Shown here one piece after another: positions 1-14,335 of a stretch of DNA of 64,000 bases. Each line of letters opens with the position of its first letter. Position 1 is the first letter of the stretch. The DNA is taken from positions 39,680,001 through 39,744,000 of the forward strand of contig NC_043008.1 of NCBI RefSeq assembly GCF_006345805.1, given 5' to 3'. The notes beneath the pieces were generated by a model, which made no database searches, was not told the origin of the DNA, and saw only the letters and a program-made list of their open reading frames with translations. The stretch comes from Octopus sinensis (taxonomy: Eukaryota). Both the position numbers and the translations under genes were made by a program.

Positions 1-1986
1 AAGTGTTTGTGCAAACGCCGCGGTTAATTGAAATTCTTTGCATTTGTGCCACTTTGTATATTGAATATATGTATCAATATCTCACGTATGTGCTTATGTG
101 TGTACGATCCTATCACTGTGAGTTTAGTACACCAAAAGTTTTATTTCAACGTCAAACAACGTCTCGGGGGCATTATTGTAAGAATATATAAACGTGTATG
201 AAACGCAACTGCCAATATTGCCTGGGAATTTGAAGTTTACAATCATTTAATATATGGTACACAATTTGATATACGCTTCACGTTGAATTCTCTACCAAAT
301 ACCTTATCTTTTTCTCTCTCAGAGGAATTATCTTATCTCCAATACAAATTTTCTAGTGCCAATAATTCTTTTGGTGAATGTCTCCTTCTTACATGCTTCA
401 TATTTACACGCTACAAACTTTGTGTTTCTGCTCTCTTTCTTAATTCTATTTTATGTAACATTTGTATGTATTAAATTACCTACGTTCATGTAAAAGTACG
501 CTTTCAGTATCGTGTAATAAACTAAAACTCTGAGAAATGTTTACAAATAATAAAATATTCTAAGCAGTTCGCATGGTCACCTCACATATATAATATTGCC
601 AAAATTTTACCATATTTATTTCGCATTTTTTAAAGTTGTAAGTTAGTGGATCTATTTGAGTTGGTGAAATACTGAAAGAATCACGAAGGTAAATCCTTTA
701 ATTTTGAAATAAGATGGAAAATAGTCAAGAATTTATCAAATATTAAGGGATGATGTTAAACGTGTACAAGACAACATTTTTTCGAACTATATTTCTGTGA
801 AAAAATGAAGAAATCGTGTTTATTTCAAATCTTATGAAAAGTGATACTTTTGTCTATATATGAAGAATGGTATAGCTAACGTTTATGGAATTTATAGCAT
901 TGATACCAACCGTAAGACAGTTCGAATGTTCTCTATGTTAAAATGCCATTATACGGTTCTAATTTGCAAGTAATAAACCAGTATGAAAGATTTGTTCCAC
1001 ACAGTGTATTTCTCACATGCCTAGATCATAAACCTTATCAAAAAGAAAAGCATTCTAGAATTTAGCAAAATAATACCACACATACACTTCAATACGTAAC
1101 TCATAAATGAGTTTTTCTCACGTTTCATTAATTCTATTCCGTCTATTGTGATATCAGCCAATCAGTTTGTGGAAAAGTGAATATCTCTTTTACTCGAATT
1201 ACTCCAATTGAGATATAGTTTTTATTCTATAAGTATCACGTGTTTATTTGCATTTAGAAACCCTATACTTAATTATTCGTCATTCTTCTGCAGAACTGAC
1301 TTCTCTACAGCCCATTTCTTAGCTATTGCCCTTAACAATTTACATACACATTTAAGAAGAATAACCCAAAAGTGAGGGCGCTAGCATGACTTTTACATCG
1401 AGAAACTTATAAACATAGAACTCCGCGCAAATTTACACGTACAGTTGATTTAACTAACTATGCAAACAAATGTATTTTCGATATTCCACAATAGCACATA
1501 TCCTATTTGGTATCTGGTATTATGCGTTCACATGCAAACAACTATCTCAAATTATATTACGAGGCGTTGAAATTACACTGCACTTTCAGATATATCAACA
1601 GCCAAATTTTCCTACCCTTGTCCATTCAAATCTTTCCAGGATAAGTAAATTGAATATTTTGTGAGCATTTCAGTAGTTTTAATTGACTCTGTCCTACTCT
1701 TAAGCACTGTGATCGTATTCTATTGTTAGCAAACTGACCTTTTATCGTTCTAAAGATATAAAGTAAATATTTTGATTTACTCTATATTCCACCGTAAATA
1801 TTGTGATAATATTCTATTTTTGAAAACAATGTCAGCTGCAAAACACATTAAAATAAATATGAGTAACAGACAGTTGACAGTTTTGTATATTTACCATATT
1901 TTTCTGAATATTAATCATTATAATTCTAGTGTTTAAGAGCGAGGGCTACTAACCCCAAGATACCGAGTCCGATGGCAGGCTGTGAA

Positions 1987-2021
<35 letters not shown>

Positions 2022-2085
2022 CAACAACAACAAAAACACCGAAAAATACCATAGGAATAACAACCCAGGTTCGAAATTTCCCCAA

Positions 2086-2131
2086 GACACCTGATGAAGG
2101 CTGGAGGGTATATCAGGCGAAACGTTGTGTG
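2086..2131 (+). ncRNA. Minimal type I hammerhead ribozyme motif, Penelope-like-element type, within a PLE-terminus-like remnant (~1930-2250)
   Basis: ACAC|CTGATGA-A-GGCTG(GAGGGTATAT)CAGGC-GAAAC-G-T-T|GTGT. Core CUGAUGA at 2091-2097. Stem I ACAC/GTGT, stem II 4 of 5 pairs, stem III palindromic AACGTT. Confidence 0.6.
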
Positions 2132-3703
2132 AACAACAAACAAGATGAAGACAAATATCCACCAAATGTAAATAATGTAAATACTGTACATAATTCCTCA
2201 TTATTAAATATAGAACTGAACTTATTCCTCATTATTAAATATAGAACAGAATCGACGAAGCGACGTACTAGAGTTAAATTTTAGTATTAATAATGACAGT
2301 AGCTGTGAGTGGTCAATGAAGTCTAGTTTGGTGTTGTCTTTCACGCGTTCCTGTCAATTACGTGTGCTAATTTCCCTCACGCTCATCGTATATCAGTAAT
2401 TATATATGTATCTCATTAATTTTAATGTCAGCTTTTTAAAAAAGTATTGGAAATGTGAGTTGTGGTCATGCTGTGAGAAGTTGCATTGGTAATAACCAAT
2501 GAGATGAGTCTCATTACCAAATATTTTAACTATCTTTCATAAATGTTGGTTCTAGAGGTATATTTGGTTATATATGCGATAAGAATTCCTAGTATTAAAA
2601 CAAATTTACATTTGATTTGGTGTTGGCTTTTGGTATTTCAATGCCGTATGCTACACTAACGAAATATATTCTATTCACTGCGTAGGACATCTAGGGTCAT
2701 ATTTAAACACTCCATCATATATTCTGTGACAAACTGCAGTTTCTGGGAGGTCATTGACTTAATATAGAAAATCAGAGAAATTTCATAAATTACCACAAGG
2801 CATCAAAGTCTAATCAAAGACATCAAGCTCAATATGCAACTGGTAATTACTTGTGTACATATAAGAAAGATGAAAGCATTGTTTTCCGATGACAAATAAA
2901 AATAAATACATAATTACATACTGTACTGTATCGACCTAAAATTATCTGCAATCCATAATAATTTTGAAACTATTTCTGTATGATCAATATCTGAAAGATA
3001 TTGATTTCTACCAAATAAAATTATACCACAATCCCTTTTTTAATAAAATTTATTTTAAATAGAAAATAAATTTACAACAAAAATTACGTTTTTAAAATAA
3101 TTGAAGACGCTTCACAGACATGGTAAAGAACATTCTTCAAATTTTGGTAATAATTAGAAGTTTTGATTAAGTGATTAAACTACAAAATCTTTACTCTGAT
3201 GTCGAAATCAGGGTCATACGACTGGTGAACTGCAATTCAATGGCGTGAGTTTTACTAATCCAAATATCGTACGATATGTGGATATAGTCAAAATTTAGGT
3301 TAAACCTAGTCTTAAGGATTAAAAATAACATCATATGGCTAGATGTTAAAAGAGACCTTAAGGATCAGGCGACTCATAGTTCATATAGACAACAAAGACG
3401 GCGGCGGTGGCACAGTAATCCGATCAGGTGATTTCCTTCTTGTAAACAAACGCACGTCAAATTTTTCAACATCAGCTTATATTTATACTTTTGAAGATAG
3501 CCACAAAAATGTGTGAGTGCCGAAATTATGACGTTTTCTTTTCTAATAAACATTATTTTAGCATCCAAACTGCAAATTACGATTTAAATAATATGGTCGA
3601 TTTCATTGTCTACTTAATCTCCCAAGAAGACGAAAACTCCTTCACAGGTTGCAAAACTGAGTGGGAGCCTATCATGAATATATATAATATATACATAGAT
3701 AGT

Positions 3704-3998
3704 GAAGGCTCATGGCTCAGTAGTTAGAGCGTCGAGCTTTAGATCGTGAGGTTGTGAGTTCGAATTCTCGATCGGGCTGTGTGTTGTGTTCTTGAGCAAG
3801 ATTCTTTATTTCACGTTGCTCCAGTTTGCGATGTCACTGGTGCCAAGCTGTATCGGCGCTTTTGCCTTTTCCTTGGATAACATCTGTGGCGTGGAGAGGG
3901 GAGGCTGGTCTTCTATAAACAACCTTGTCCAGACTTGTGCGACTGAGGGTAACTTTCTAGGTGCAATCCCATGGTCATTCTTGCCCGGAGGGGGTCTC
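3704..3998 (+). mobile_element. tRNA-derived SINE (family B)
   Basis: A-box-like TGGCTCAGTAGTTAG and B-box-like GAGTTCGAATTC. Body CTTGAGCAAGA..TTTATTTCAC is shared with the copy at 11530-11846. Confidence 0.75.
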
Positions 3999-4039
3999 CG
4001 AATAACATACATAAATATACATACATACATACATATATA

Positions 4040-4435
4040 CTCTTTTGCTTGTTTCAGTCAGTTGACTGCGGCCATGTTGGAGCAACACCTTTAGTCGAGC
4101 AAATCGACCCCGGGACTTATTCTTTGTAAGTCCAGTACTTATTCTATCGGTCTCTTTTTGCCGAACCGCTAAGTGACGGGGACGTAAATACACCACCGTC
4201 GGTTGTCAAGCGATGGTGGGGGGACACACACAGACACACAAACATATACACACACATACATATACATATATACGACAGGCTTCTTTCAGTTTCCGTCTGC
4301 CAAATCCACTCACAAGGCATTGGTCGGCCCGGGGATACAGCAGAAAAAAATTGCCCAAGATGCCACGCAGTGGGACTGAACCCGGAACCTTGTGGTTGGT
4401 AAGTAAGCTACTTACCACACAGCCACTCCTGCGCC

Positions 4436-4436
<1 letters not shown>
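4040..4436 (-). mobile_element. tRNA-derived SINE (family A), full length
   Basis: Minus strand begins AGGCGCAGGAGTGGCTGTGTGG (A box) ...GGTTCAGTCCC (B box). Internal (CA/TA)n. Six related copies in the window. Confidence 0.85.
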
Positions 4437-5390
<954 letters not shown>

Positions 5391-5395
5391 AAGCA

Positions 5396-5432
<37 letters not shown>

Positions 5433-6084
5433 TGTATGTATGTATATGTATATGTATATACATACCTATACAATATGCAAATATACTGTTATACTATATA
5501 GTATGATATATGATATAATATATATTATACTATTATGTAACATAATATAATATAATATAATATGGCACACACACCTCCCACAGACTCACAGACACACACA
5601 TGTATATATATAACGTTGCTCAGGACATCCTGCTGTGGTTACAGTGGCAGAGAAAATACTTTGGTGGACGTGCTGTGTTCAAGACCAAATGTATAAGATA
5701 GCTACTGAACCCCAGCGGTAGCTTACAAGAACGCTAGGCTGGTTTCGGCCTTCTTTTACTTTGTCATTAAAGTGTAGCCGATATACACATGCTGAGAGAG
5801 AACATATATCTAGGCTCGTGTATACTGAGTACATGTTGTTGAGAAGGTATTATAAGACAAAGCGACTATGGCATCCTTGTGAGTCACTACTGGGATGATG
5901 GTTTTCTTACTCCGACACACACACAAACACACACACACTCTCTTTCTCTCACACACACATGCGCACAATTGTGTTTTTAACAATATATCAATGAAAATAT
6001 TTTTGGTCCAGACAACAGCTACATTATCACGGCAAGCTTTGCGCAAGATTACTCAACATATCATTTATTGGATTTTAAGGTAGT

Positions 6085-6295
6085 GTGCTTGCAAAATCGA
6101 TAACACGCCGGGCAAAATGCCTAGCGGTATTTCACCCGCTTTTATATTCTGAGTTTATATTCCACCGAGGTCATATTTATTTGTCATCATTTCAGTGTCA
6201 ATAAAGTAAGAACCAAATCAGCATTGTGGTTAATGCAATCAACTTACCCATCTCGCGAAGTTGATGGCCGTGTGCATTAATTTAAAAGCGATATA
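6085..6295 (+). mobile_element. Degenerate SINE family C
   Basis: ACGCCGGGCAAAATGCCTAGCGGTATTTC...TTCCACCGAGGTC aligns by eye with 18912-19130. Confidence 0.65.
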
Positions 6296-7817
6296 ATATT
6301 CATTGGTTTGTATATATTAGTAGAATTAAGATTTCGTCTTTGTATGGGATTAGCAAGTACACCTCATTGAAAAGGCAAGAGCAAGCGGGAACGCATCTGG
6401 CGTTCACGGGAGTTACTGCTTGTACGATGTTCATTTCGCTCCGTTGAAGGTCGTGTTCGTAACATAGATATCTATGAAAACATTTCTTCTCAAGCAGAAC
6501 TCACAGTTTTATGCCTTTCAATGTTATGTAGCGCACATAGATGAATATACATAGATACATTTAAATATGTGAATATGTGTCTTTCCAAGTGTGCTTGGGT
6601 ATGGATAGTTTTTACGGATTAGCGGTAAACATTGAAGCACAGGCGAAAGAACTTAATGCGTTCAGATATTACAACATTTGTGTTCTGCCATTTTGCAGGG
6701 AGTATTGTTGACTCTTGCCATTAAAAATACAGTTGATCTGCATCTTTGAAACGTTTAACCAATGAAACAAGGATAATGGTCACCATGTACGATATAAAAT
6801 AGGAAATTATTTGCTACGAGAAGGAAAAAGCGTGGGCAACAATGATCTGTTTGCTGACGGAATAATTTCGTTGTGGATGCTCGATATATACACTTCCATA
6901 CTTGCCCTAACAATTCTTGGTCCTTAAAAAATTTAACGCATTCTCATTGAAGTATGCTGATTGAAAGTTTGGTTTCTAATTTTTATTTCTGTTTCTTTCA
7001 GTTTTCTCTTTTTATCGTTTTAAGTTTCAGATTGAGTCAGAACAATTTCCTTGTTCGTCGTTTATTGTTCACCCGACAGCCTTTATTTTATTTACAAAAG
7101 AAAAAAAATGTGACTTTTGTATAAGATCAAGGTGAAAAGTGTAGTGAGCAGGAATTATGTAGTATAAAATATAAATTGGGTTGGCATGGTGAATAGAAAA
7201 TTTGAAAGGCACCCAACAATGGAAAGGAAGGTATTTTGTTTTGGATTTGTACATGTAATATTCGTTTGATTTCGTTCTTCTCTTCAATCTACAATATTTT
7301 CTTAAATTTTTCCTATTTTTTTTTTAATAAATTTACAACCGAAAATGCTTTTCTATTGACATATATGTTGAGTTGAATTTTTTCCATAATCACATAAAAT
7401 ACAAACAAAAAGACTGAAAAACTAAAAAAAATATTCTAATAATAATTTCTATATCACATCTTTTTGCATGGTTACCTCTGCCGTCTGGCGTTTTGAAGAT
7501 TGAAAGATGGATTCCAACGATAGAATTTTGTTTGGAAATATCGATGACATTTATAGTTCTTTAGAAGCTTTCATATATATTTTTTCCTTTTAGTTTTGTT
7601 TCGTTTTGCTTCTCTTTCTCCTTTAGCCTCAGCCTCCAATATCTCTTTCTGCCATTTTAGGCAGAAAGAGATATTGACACCCTTCATCGCTTTCTGGCAG
7701 TTTTACGTGTCTGCGTCACAAAAGAGCATTTACAATAACTCGATGAAAATAAAATCAATTATCATTGCTTCCTCAATAGACAAAACCCCCAAACAACGAC
7801 AAGAACAACAACAAAAC

Positions 7818-7826
7818 CTACTACTC

Positions 7827-7906
<80 letters not shown>

Positions 7907-7961
7907 ACTACTACTACTACTACTACTACTGACGATGACGATGATGATGAAGATGATAATG

Positions 7962-8019
<58 letters not shown>

Positions 8020-8040
8020 TAATAATAATAATAATAATGA
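7818..8040. repeat. Compound trinucleotide microsatellite (CTA)n(CTG)n(CTA)n(GAT)n(AAT)n
   Basis: Direct reading. Confidence 0.95.
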
Positions 8041-8354
8041 CCATAGGAAGATACATATAAACGAAATCAAGTTAAGGATGACATTTAATTTGAGATTTGA
8101 TTTGAGAAGTTAATTAAATTAACATTAAATGAACTTAGTAGTGTGAGGTTTATGACTTTTGTGTGCAAATTCCTAAGTGGGTGGGTCGTTTAAGGAGCAA
8201 CAAATATAATCACTGGATGTTTTATTACTGAACTTTACAGACAGCCACCAGATGGCTGCAAATAAAAAGGACAGACCAGTGGTTTACTAATCTTGGGATG
8301 CAGGTTCCTGCGTGATCAATGTTGTGTGGGTTAACCGGTTAGCTGGGTAATGAG

Positions 8355-8753
8355 TATGGCTCAGAAACCTGGACGTTATCAAAGAAGCTTGAGAGGCGGA
8401 TGGATGGAACTTACACTCGCCTCCTTATGAGAGCTCAAAATCTCTCGTGGAAGCGTCATCCAACCAAAGTACAAATATATGGGAAATTACCATCTGTATC
8501 ATCTCTTGTGAAAGGTAGAAGAGTCCAGTTTGTTGGGCATTGTTGTAGAGCTGAAAACGAGGTAATTTCTACTCTTCTCCTCTGGAAGCCATCTGCTCGC
8601 GATACCAGAGGGCGCTCACTCTCCTACCCTGATGTAATCTCCAAGGATACAGGCATCCAGCAAGAGGACCTCCGAAATGCTATGATGGACCGTAAAGTCT
8701 GGCGTAACATAGAAAATTCCATTGTCTCGACCACGGTCGAACAATGATGATGA
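8355..8753 (+). mobile_element. 5'-truncated RTE-clade LINE 3' end
   Basis: Translates YGSETWTLSKKLERRMDGTYTRLLMRAQNLSW...RRVQFVGHC...DRKVWR, then a (TGA)n tail. YGSETW is the hallmark post-RT motif of RTE elements. Confidence 0.85.
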
Positions 8754-8960
8754 AAGTTGTTTAAAATTACCAAAAATCATACGTAAGAAACATTTCAGAG
8801 CATCTGAGAGATGAGTATTGGAACAACATATGTTTGCCCAGATAATGTATTTTAATTGATAGTCATGTTTCTTTAGAGTTACAAAATCATGAAAATGCAA
8901 CTGAAATGATTCAATTCAGACAATATGTACTGAAAAAAAATGTGTCTAATATTAATCCAT

Positions 8961-9342
8961 TTTACTCTTTACTCTTTTACATGTTTCAGTCATTTGACTG
9001 CGGCCATGCTGGAGCACCGCCTTTAATCGAGCAACTCGACCCCGGGACTTATTCTTTTGTAAGCCCAGTACTTATTCTATCGGTTTCTTTTGCTGAACCT
9101 CTAAGTAACGGGGACATAAACACACCAGCATCGGTTGTCAAGCAATGCTAGGGGGACAAACACAAACACACAAACACATACACGCATATACATATACTTA
9201 TATATGACGGTCTTCTTTCAGTTTCCGTCTAACAAATCCACTCACAAGGCTTTGGTCGGCCCGAGGCTATAGCAGAAGACAGTGGGACTGAACCCGGAAC
9301 CATGTGGTTGGTAAACAAGCTACTTACCACACAGCCACTCCT
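8961..9342 (-). mobile_element. SINE family A, with ~20-bp internal deletion
   Basis: Collinear with 4040-4436; lacks the TTGCCCAAGxTGCCACGC segment. Confidence 0.85.
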
Positions 9343-10390
9343 ACTGAGGAATGTTGATGCTCGTAGCGTATTAGAATTGTGTACAACCAGTTGCAGGGTA
9401 TCAATGATGGGGCAACATTAGTCGACTTTATGAAATTATCAGGATGACCACACGTAAAATGGATGCACACACAGACGCGCTCACAAATCTCTATTTTAAG
9501 GCATTCAAACACAGCTAGTCATGCATGAACTAACCTGTCTATCTATCTGTCTTCTTGCTTGCTTGGTGGCCTATCTGTCAATCCGTCAACCTATTTATCT
9601 TGTTGTATATCTATATATAGTCAATTCAAGGAAACGTCAATTAAAAATCAAAATGAATAACGAAATTAATAGACAAGAAGAAGATCAGCACAAGGAGTGT
9701 TTTAGCTTGACACGCGCTGAAGAGAGAGTGAGTTTGAAGTTTCGAGCATAGCACTTCGTCGGAATCGATGAGGGGAGAAGTCCAAAGATAGAAAAGAAAT
9801 CGCCATCAGCACGTGTATAGTTATATTAATAAAGCCATATATATGTGTGTATGTGTATGTATGTATGTATGTATGTATGTAGTATGTATGTATGTATGTA
9901 TGTATGTATGTATGTATGTATGTATGTATCTATGTATATGAAATACAATTAAGATTCGTTTGAATTAGGTACTTAAATTGAAGCACCTTGTTTAGTCTGG
10001 ATAAAATGCATACTCAAAAATATTAAGTGAATATCAGACTTGGTGCATAAGTTCAGGCCACATGAATCAATGTAAATATTTTAAATAATGTAAATATTTT
10101 AAACAAATTCACGGAATTCTGCCAACATATACACGGAATGAATGTGTTTGAAGACCATGAAGTCATTTGACGAAAACGGTATCTTTGCACTCTTGTAATG
10201 TTCTCATTAATCAAAAAAGGGGGGTCGTTAGAAACGGCCGTAATGAATTGACACATGTACCTCTTTGTATATACCTATATGTATATATATATATGTGTGT
10301 GTGTGTGTGTGCGTATGTATATATATATATTTATATATATACGTATATGTATCTATCTATATATGTTTGTATATATATGTATATATATTT

Positions 10391-10794
10391 TTTATTCTTT
10401 TATTCTTTTATTTTTCAGTCATTTAGCTGCGACCATGCTGGAGCACCGCCTTTAGTCGAACAAATCGACCCCAGGACTTATTCTTTGTAAGCCTAGTACT
10501 TATTCTCTCGGTGTTTTATGTAGAACCGCTAAATTACGGGGAGTAAACACACCAGCATCGAATGTTAAGCGATGGTGGGGGACAAACACAGACACACAAA
10601 CACACACATATACAAACACTTATACACATATATACCATGGGCTTCTTTCAGTTTCCATCTACCAAATGCCCTTATAAGGCTTTAATCGACCCGAGGCTGT
10701 AGTAGAAGATACTTAATCAAAGTGTCATGTAGTGGAACTCAATCCGGAACCATGTGGTTGTTAAGTAAGCTACTTACCACATAGCCACTCATGC
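10391..10794 (-). mobile_element. SINE family A
   Basis: Collinear with 4040-4436. Confidence 0.85.
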
Positions 10795-10814
10795 ACATAT
10801 ATATGTGAATGTAT

Positions 10815-10848
10815 ATTTATCTATATATCTATATCTATATCTATATCA

Positions 10849-10938
<90 letters not shown>

Positions 10939-11039
10939 ATATATATATATATGTGTGTGTGTATATATATATATATACATAATAATAATAATATAATAAT
11001 AATAATAATAATAATATAATAATATATAATAATAATAAC

Positions 11040-11071
<32 letters not shown>

Positions 11072-11090
11072 TAATAATAATAATATAATA

Positions 11091-11121
<31 letters not shown>

Positions 11122-11264
11122 AATAATAATAATAATATTATTATTTGGTTTAATGGCCTACCAATGTATACTATGAGTTTCTTTGCCCTAGGAGTCGGGA
11201 AGACACTCGGCAAGAAATGGAAGCAAATTTGAAAGAAGAAAAAAAAAGTAATAATAATAATAAC

Positions 11265-11341
<77 letters not shown>

Positions 11342-11350
11342 TAATAATAG
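10815..11350. repeat. (TCTA)n followed by (AAT)n microsatellites
   Basis: Direct reading. Confidence 0.9.
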
Positions 11351-11529
11351 GGAGTATAAACCCAAACTTACGGGGGAAAATTCATTTTAATATTAAATCA
11401 AATTTCACAATATAAATATATAATATATATATAAATTAGAGAAAACACTATTACGTAATTCAAACAATGATAGAAATAAACCATATCATGTAGAAAAAAA
11501 AAATATCATAAAACATATACTAGCTAGCT

Positions 11530-11846
11530 GGCCAGGAGCACTCCGTCGGTTACGACGACGAGGGTCCCAGCTGATACCTTCAACGGAACAGCTTGCTCGT
11601 GAAATTAACGTGTATGTGGCTGAGCACTCCACAAAGACGAGTACCCTTAACGTAGTTCTTGGGGAGATTCAGCGTGACAAGACTGGCCTTTTGAAATACA
11701 GGTACTAGTCATTTTTGCCAGCTGAGTGGAAAGGAGCAAAGTGAAATAAAATGTCTTGCTCAAGGACAGAACGCGCCGCTGGGAATTGCACTCACGATCT
11801 AAAGGTCCTTAGCCGAATGCCCCTATCCACTAAACCACGCACATTC
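11530..11846 (-). mobile_element. tRNA-derived SINE with a family-B-like head and a different 3' body
   Basis: Minus strand reads GTGCGTGGTTTAGTGGATAGGGCATTCGGC...CCTTGAGCAAGACATTTTATTTCAC..CCACTCAGCTGGCAAAAATG. Confidence 0.7.
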
Positions 11847-12087
11847 GCATAAAACATATAACATATAACTAGATCACAAAAAGTATAAAAAATGAATAAA
11901 CTTATTAATTATTATATATTGTTAATTATTATATATTATTACTTATTACTTATTATTTATTATATATTGTTTATTCATTTATTGTACTTTTGTGATCTCC
12001 TTATATATTTTATAATCTATTTTATCTTTTCTATATGATATGGTTTATGTCTATCGTTGTTTTAATTGCATAATAGTGATTTTTCTC

Positions 12088-12145
<58 letters not shown>

Positions 12146-12159
12146 GTGTGTGTGTGTGT

Positions 12160-12193
<34 letters not shown>

Positions 12194-12199
<6 letters not shown>

Positions 12200-12739
12200 G
12201 TGCAAAAAGTCAAGATAGAAAATGCTGTAATAATTTAATAAAAAATATTTCTGTACCGGTTTCGGTCATTGAGACTTTTTCAACTGTTACTATGGAAAAC
12301 AGTTATATTTTGGAAAATTTGAATTAAAATATTTTTAAAAGAATATTTGTATAGTATTGAAGTACAAGTGGCATTTTCCTTGTTTCTGCCTGTCTCTGTC
12401 TCTCTTGTTTACTCTTGTGGGTTCGAGATCGTTGTGAATTCTTGGAAGAGAAGAAGAAGTAGAAGAAGAAGAAGAAGAAGAAGAAGAAGAAGAAGAAGAA
12501 GAAGAAGAAGAAGAAGAAGAAGAAGAAGAAGAAGAAGAAGAAGAAGAAGAAGAAGAGGAGGAGGAGGATGAAGGTGATGATGAGGATAATGAAGGGGATG
12601 AGGAGGAGGAGAAGAATATTCTGCTTCCAAAAGAATATTCTTCTCCTCGTTTCCAATATTTAATTTCTGAAACCGGTACAGAAATATTTTTTATAAAATT
12701 ATTTTAGCATTTTTTACCTTGACATTGTTTTTCCATATA
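12194..12739. mobile_element. Element bounded by ~70-bp imperfect inverted repeats, with an internal (GAA)n
   Basis: 12194-12263 (TATATGG..GTCAAG..AAAAAATATTTCTGTACCGGTTTC) is the reverse complement of 12669-12739. (GAA)n at ~12445-12555. Confidence 0.7.
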
Positions 12740-12917
12740 TATCAACTCGTGTCTTCCTTTTCAAACTTCTACATACACTACCCCACCCAACATATTTATA
12801 TATATATATAGAGAGAGAGACAAACAGACAGACAGAGAGACAGTGAGAGATACAGGGTGATTGTGAGAAGGAACGTTTTGCAACATTCAATCATAGCTGT
12901 TCCTCAGAGACCGATGT

Positions 12918-13064
12918 TACTGCTATTTTTAACCCCAGGACGACTCCCCCTCCAGCTGGTTGGTTATTCGATGGTGGTGTCGTGGCTTGCAATACTTATC
13001 GAGTCCAGATTGAATCGAATAACCAGCTAGAGGAGGGTTTCTCCTAGGGATAAAAATAGCAGTA
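12918..13064. repeat. Small imperfect inverted repeat (~50-bp arms, ~40-bp spacer), MITE-like
   Basis: TACTGCTATTTTT..CCAGCTGGTT..TTATTCGAT pairs with ATCGAATAACCAGCTAG..AAAAATAGCAGTA. Confidence 0.65.
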
Positions 13065-13371
13065 GCCTCAATCCCTACAGTATAATCACGTTTAAGTGTG
13101 GATAAACATTACTTCTCAGTAGAGTTACTGCTCTCATCTTATATAGAGATTTCGAAACTAGCAAAGTTGCTTGTTGCAAGAGCAGTGCTCTTTTTAACTT
13201 AATTTCTATATATAGCGAGCTGGAATGAAATACTGCTGTCTATAGCAGATGCTTATCTACCACTGAGGAAGGCCACAACAGGTCGACACCTATGTATGTG
13301 TGTGTCTGTGTGCGTGCCTGTATATGTGTTTGTGTGCGTCGTGTGTGTGTTTGTGTGTGTGTGTGTATGCT

Positions 13372-13405
<34 letters not shown>

Positions 13406-13432
13406 CATTTATATTAATATAATACATATTAA

Positions 13433-13466
<34 letters not shown>

Positions 13467-13503
13467 CTACATATATGTTATATATATATATATACATATA
13501 TAT

Positions 13504-13563
<60 letters not shown>

Positions 13564-13850
13564 CTGTGTGTAACCGAGCATTATTCGAATTTTTTTTTAA
13601 GTGTCTGTTCTCAGTATATTATATATGGTTGCCGAACGTTATTCTTACAATCAGATGACACGAAACGGTTATCGATCGACTAACGCCATAACATATTGAC
13701 TATTGTGTTACTCTTGTTTGGGGCAGTATCGTTTATGAACTGTTCAAACTAATTTCTGGTTTTAAGTTATAATAATAATAATAATAGCAATAATAATGAT
13801 AATAAAATAATAATAATCATAATAATAATACAATAATAATAATAATAATA

Positions 13851-13886
<36 letters not shown>

Positions 13887-14118
13887 TAATAATATAATAA
13901 GAATAATAATATAATAATAATAATAATAATAATGATATATAATAATAATAATAATAATATGTAGAATAAATATAGGAGATAATCATTTGTAAGAATTATT
14001 GTTATTTAATCTGAAATATATTTATATACCAAGAAAGCATAAGTGTGTGTTTCTATGTATATATATGTAGACATGTCCAAAGCATATGTTGGTGTATATA
14101 TTTATATATATATATATA

Positions 14119-14149
<31 letters not shown>

Positions 14150-14303
14150 TAAATATATTAAAGATATATGTCCATATATATATATATATATATATATACA
14201 TACACAACACATATATATACATATATGTTAATATATATACATATATACATACATACATACACACATATATGCGTATATATATATATAATATATATATATA
14301 TAC

Positions 14304-14335
<32 letters not shown>

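Noticed and set aside
7661-7738. Plus-strand terminal exon AERDIDTLHRFLAVLRVCVTKEHLQ* after a strong pyrimidine tract
   Set aside because: No compatible upstream exon found and no recognisable homology; an isolated acceptor is expected by chance.
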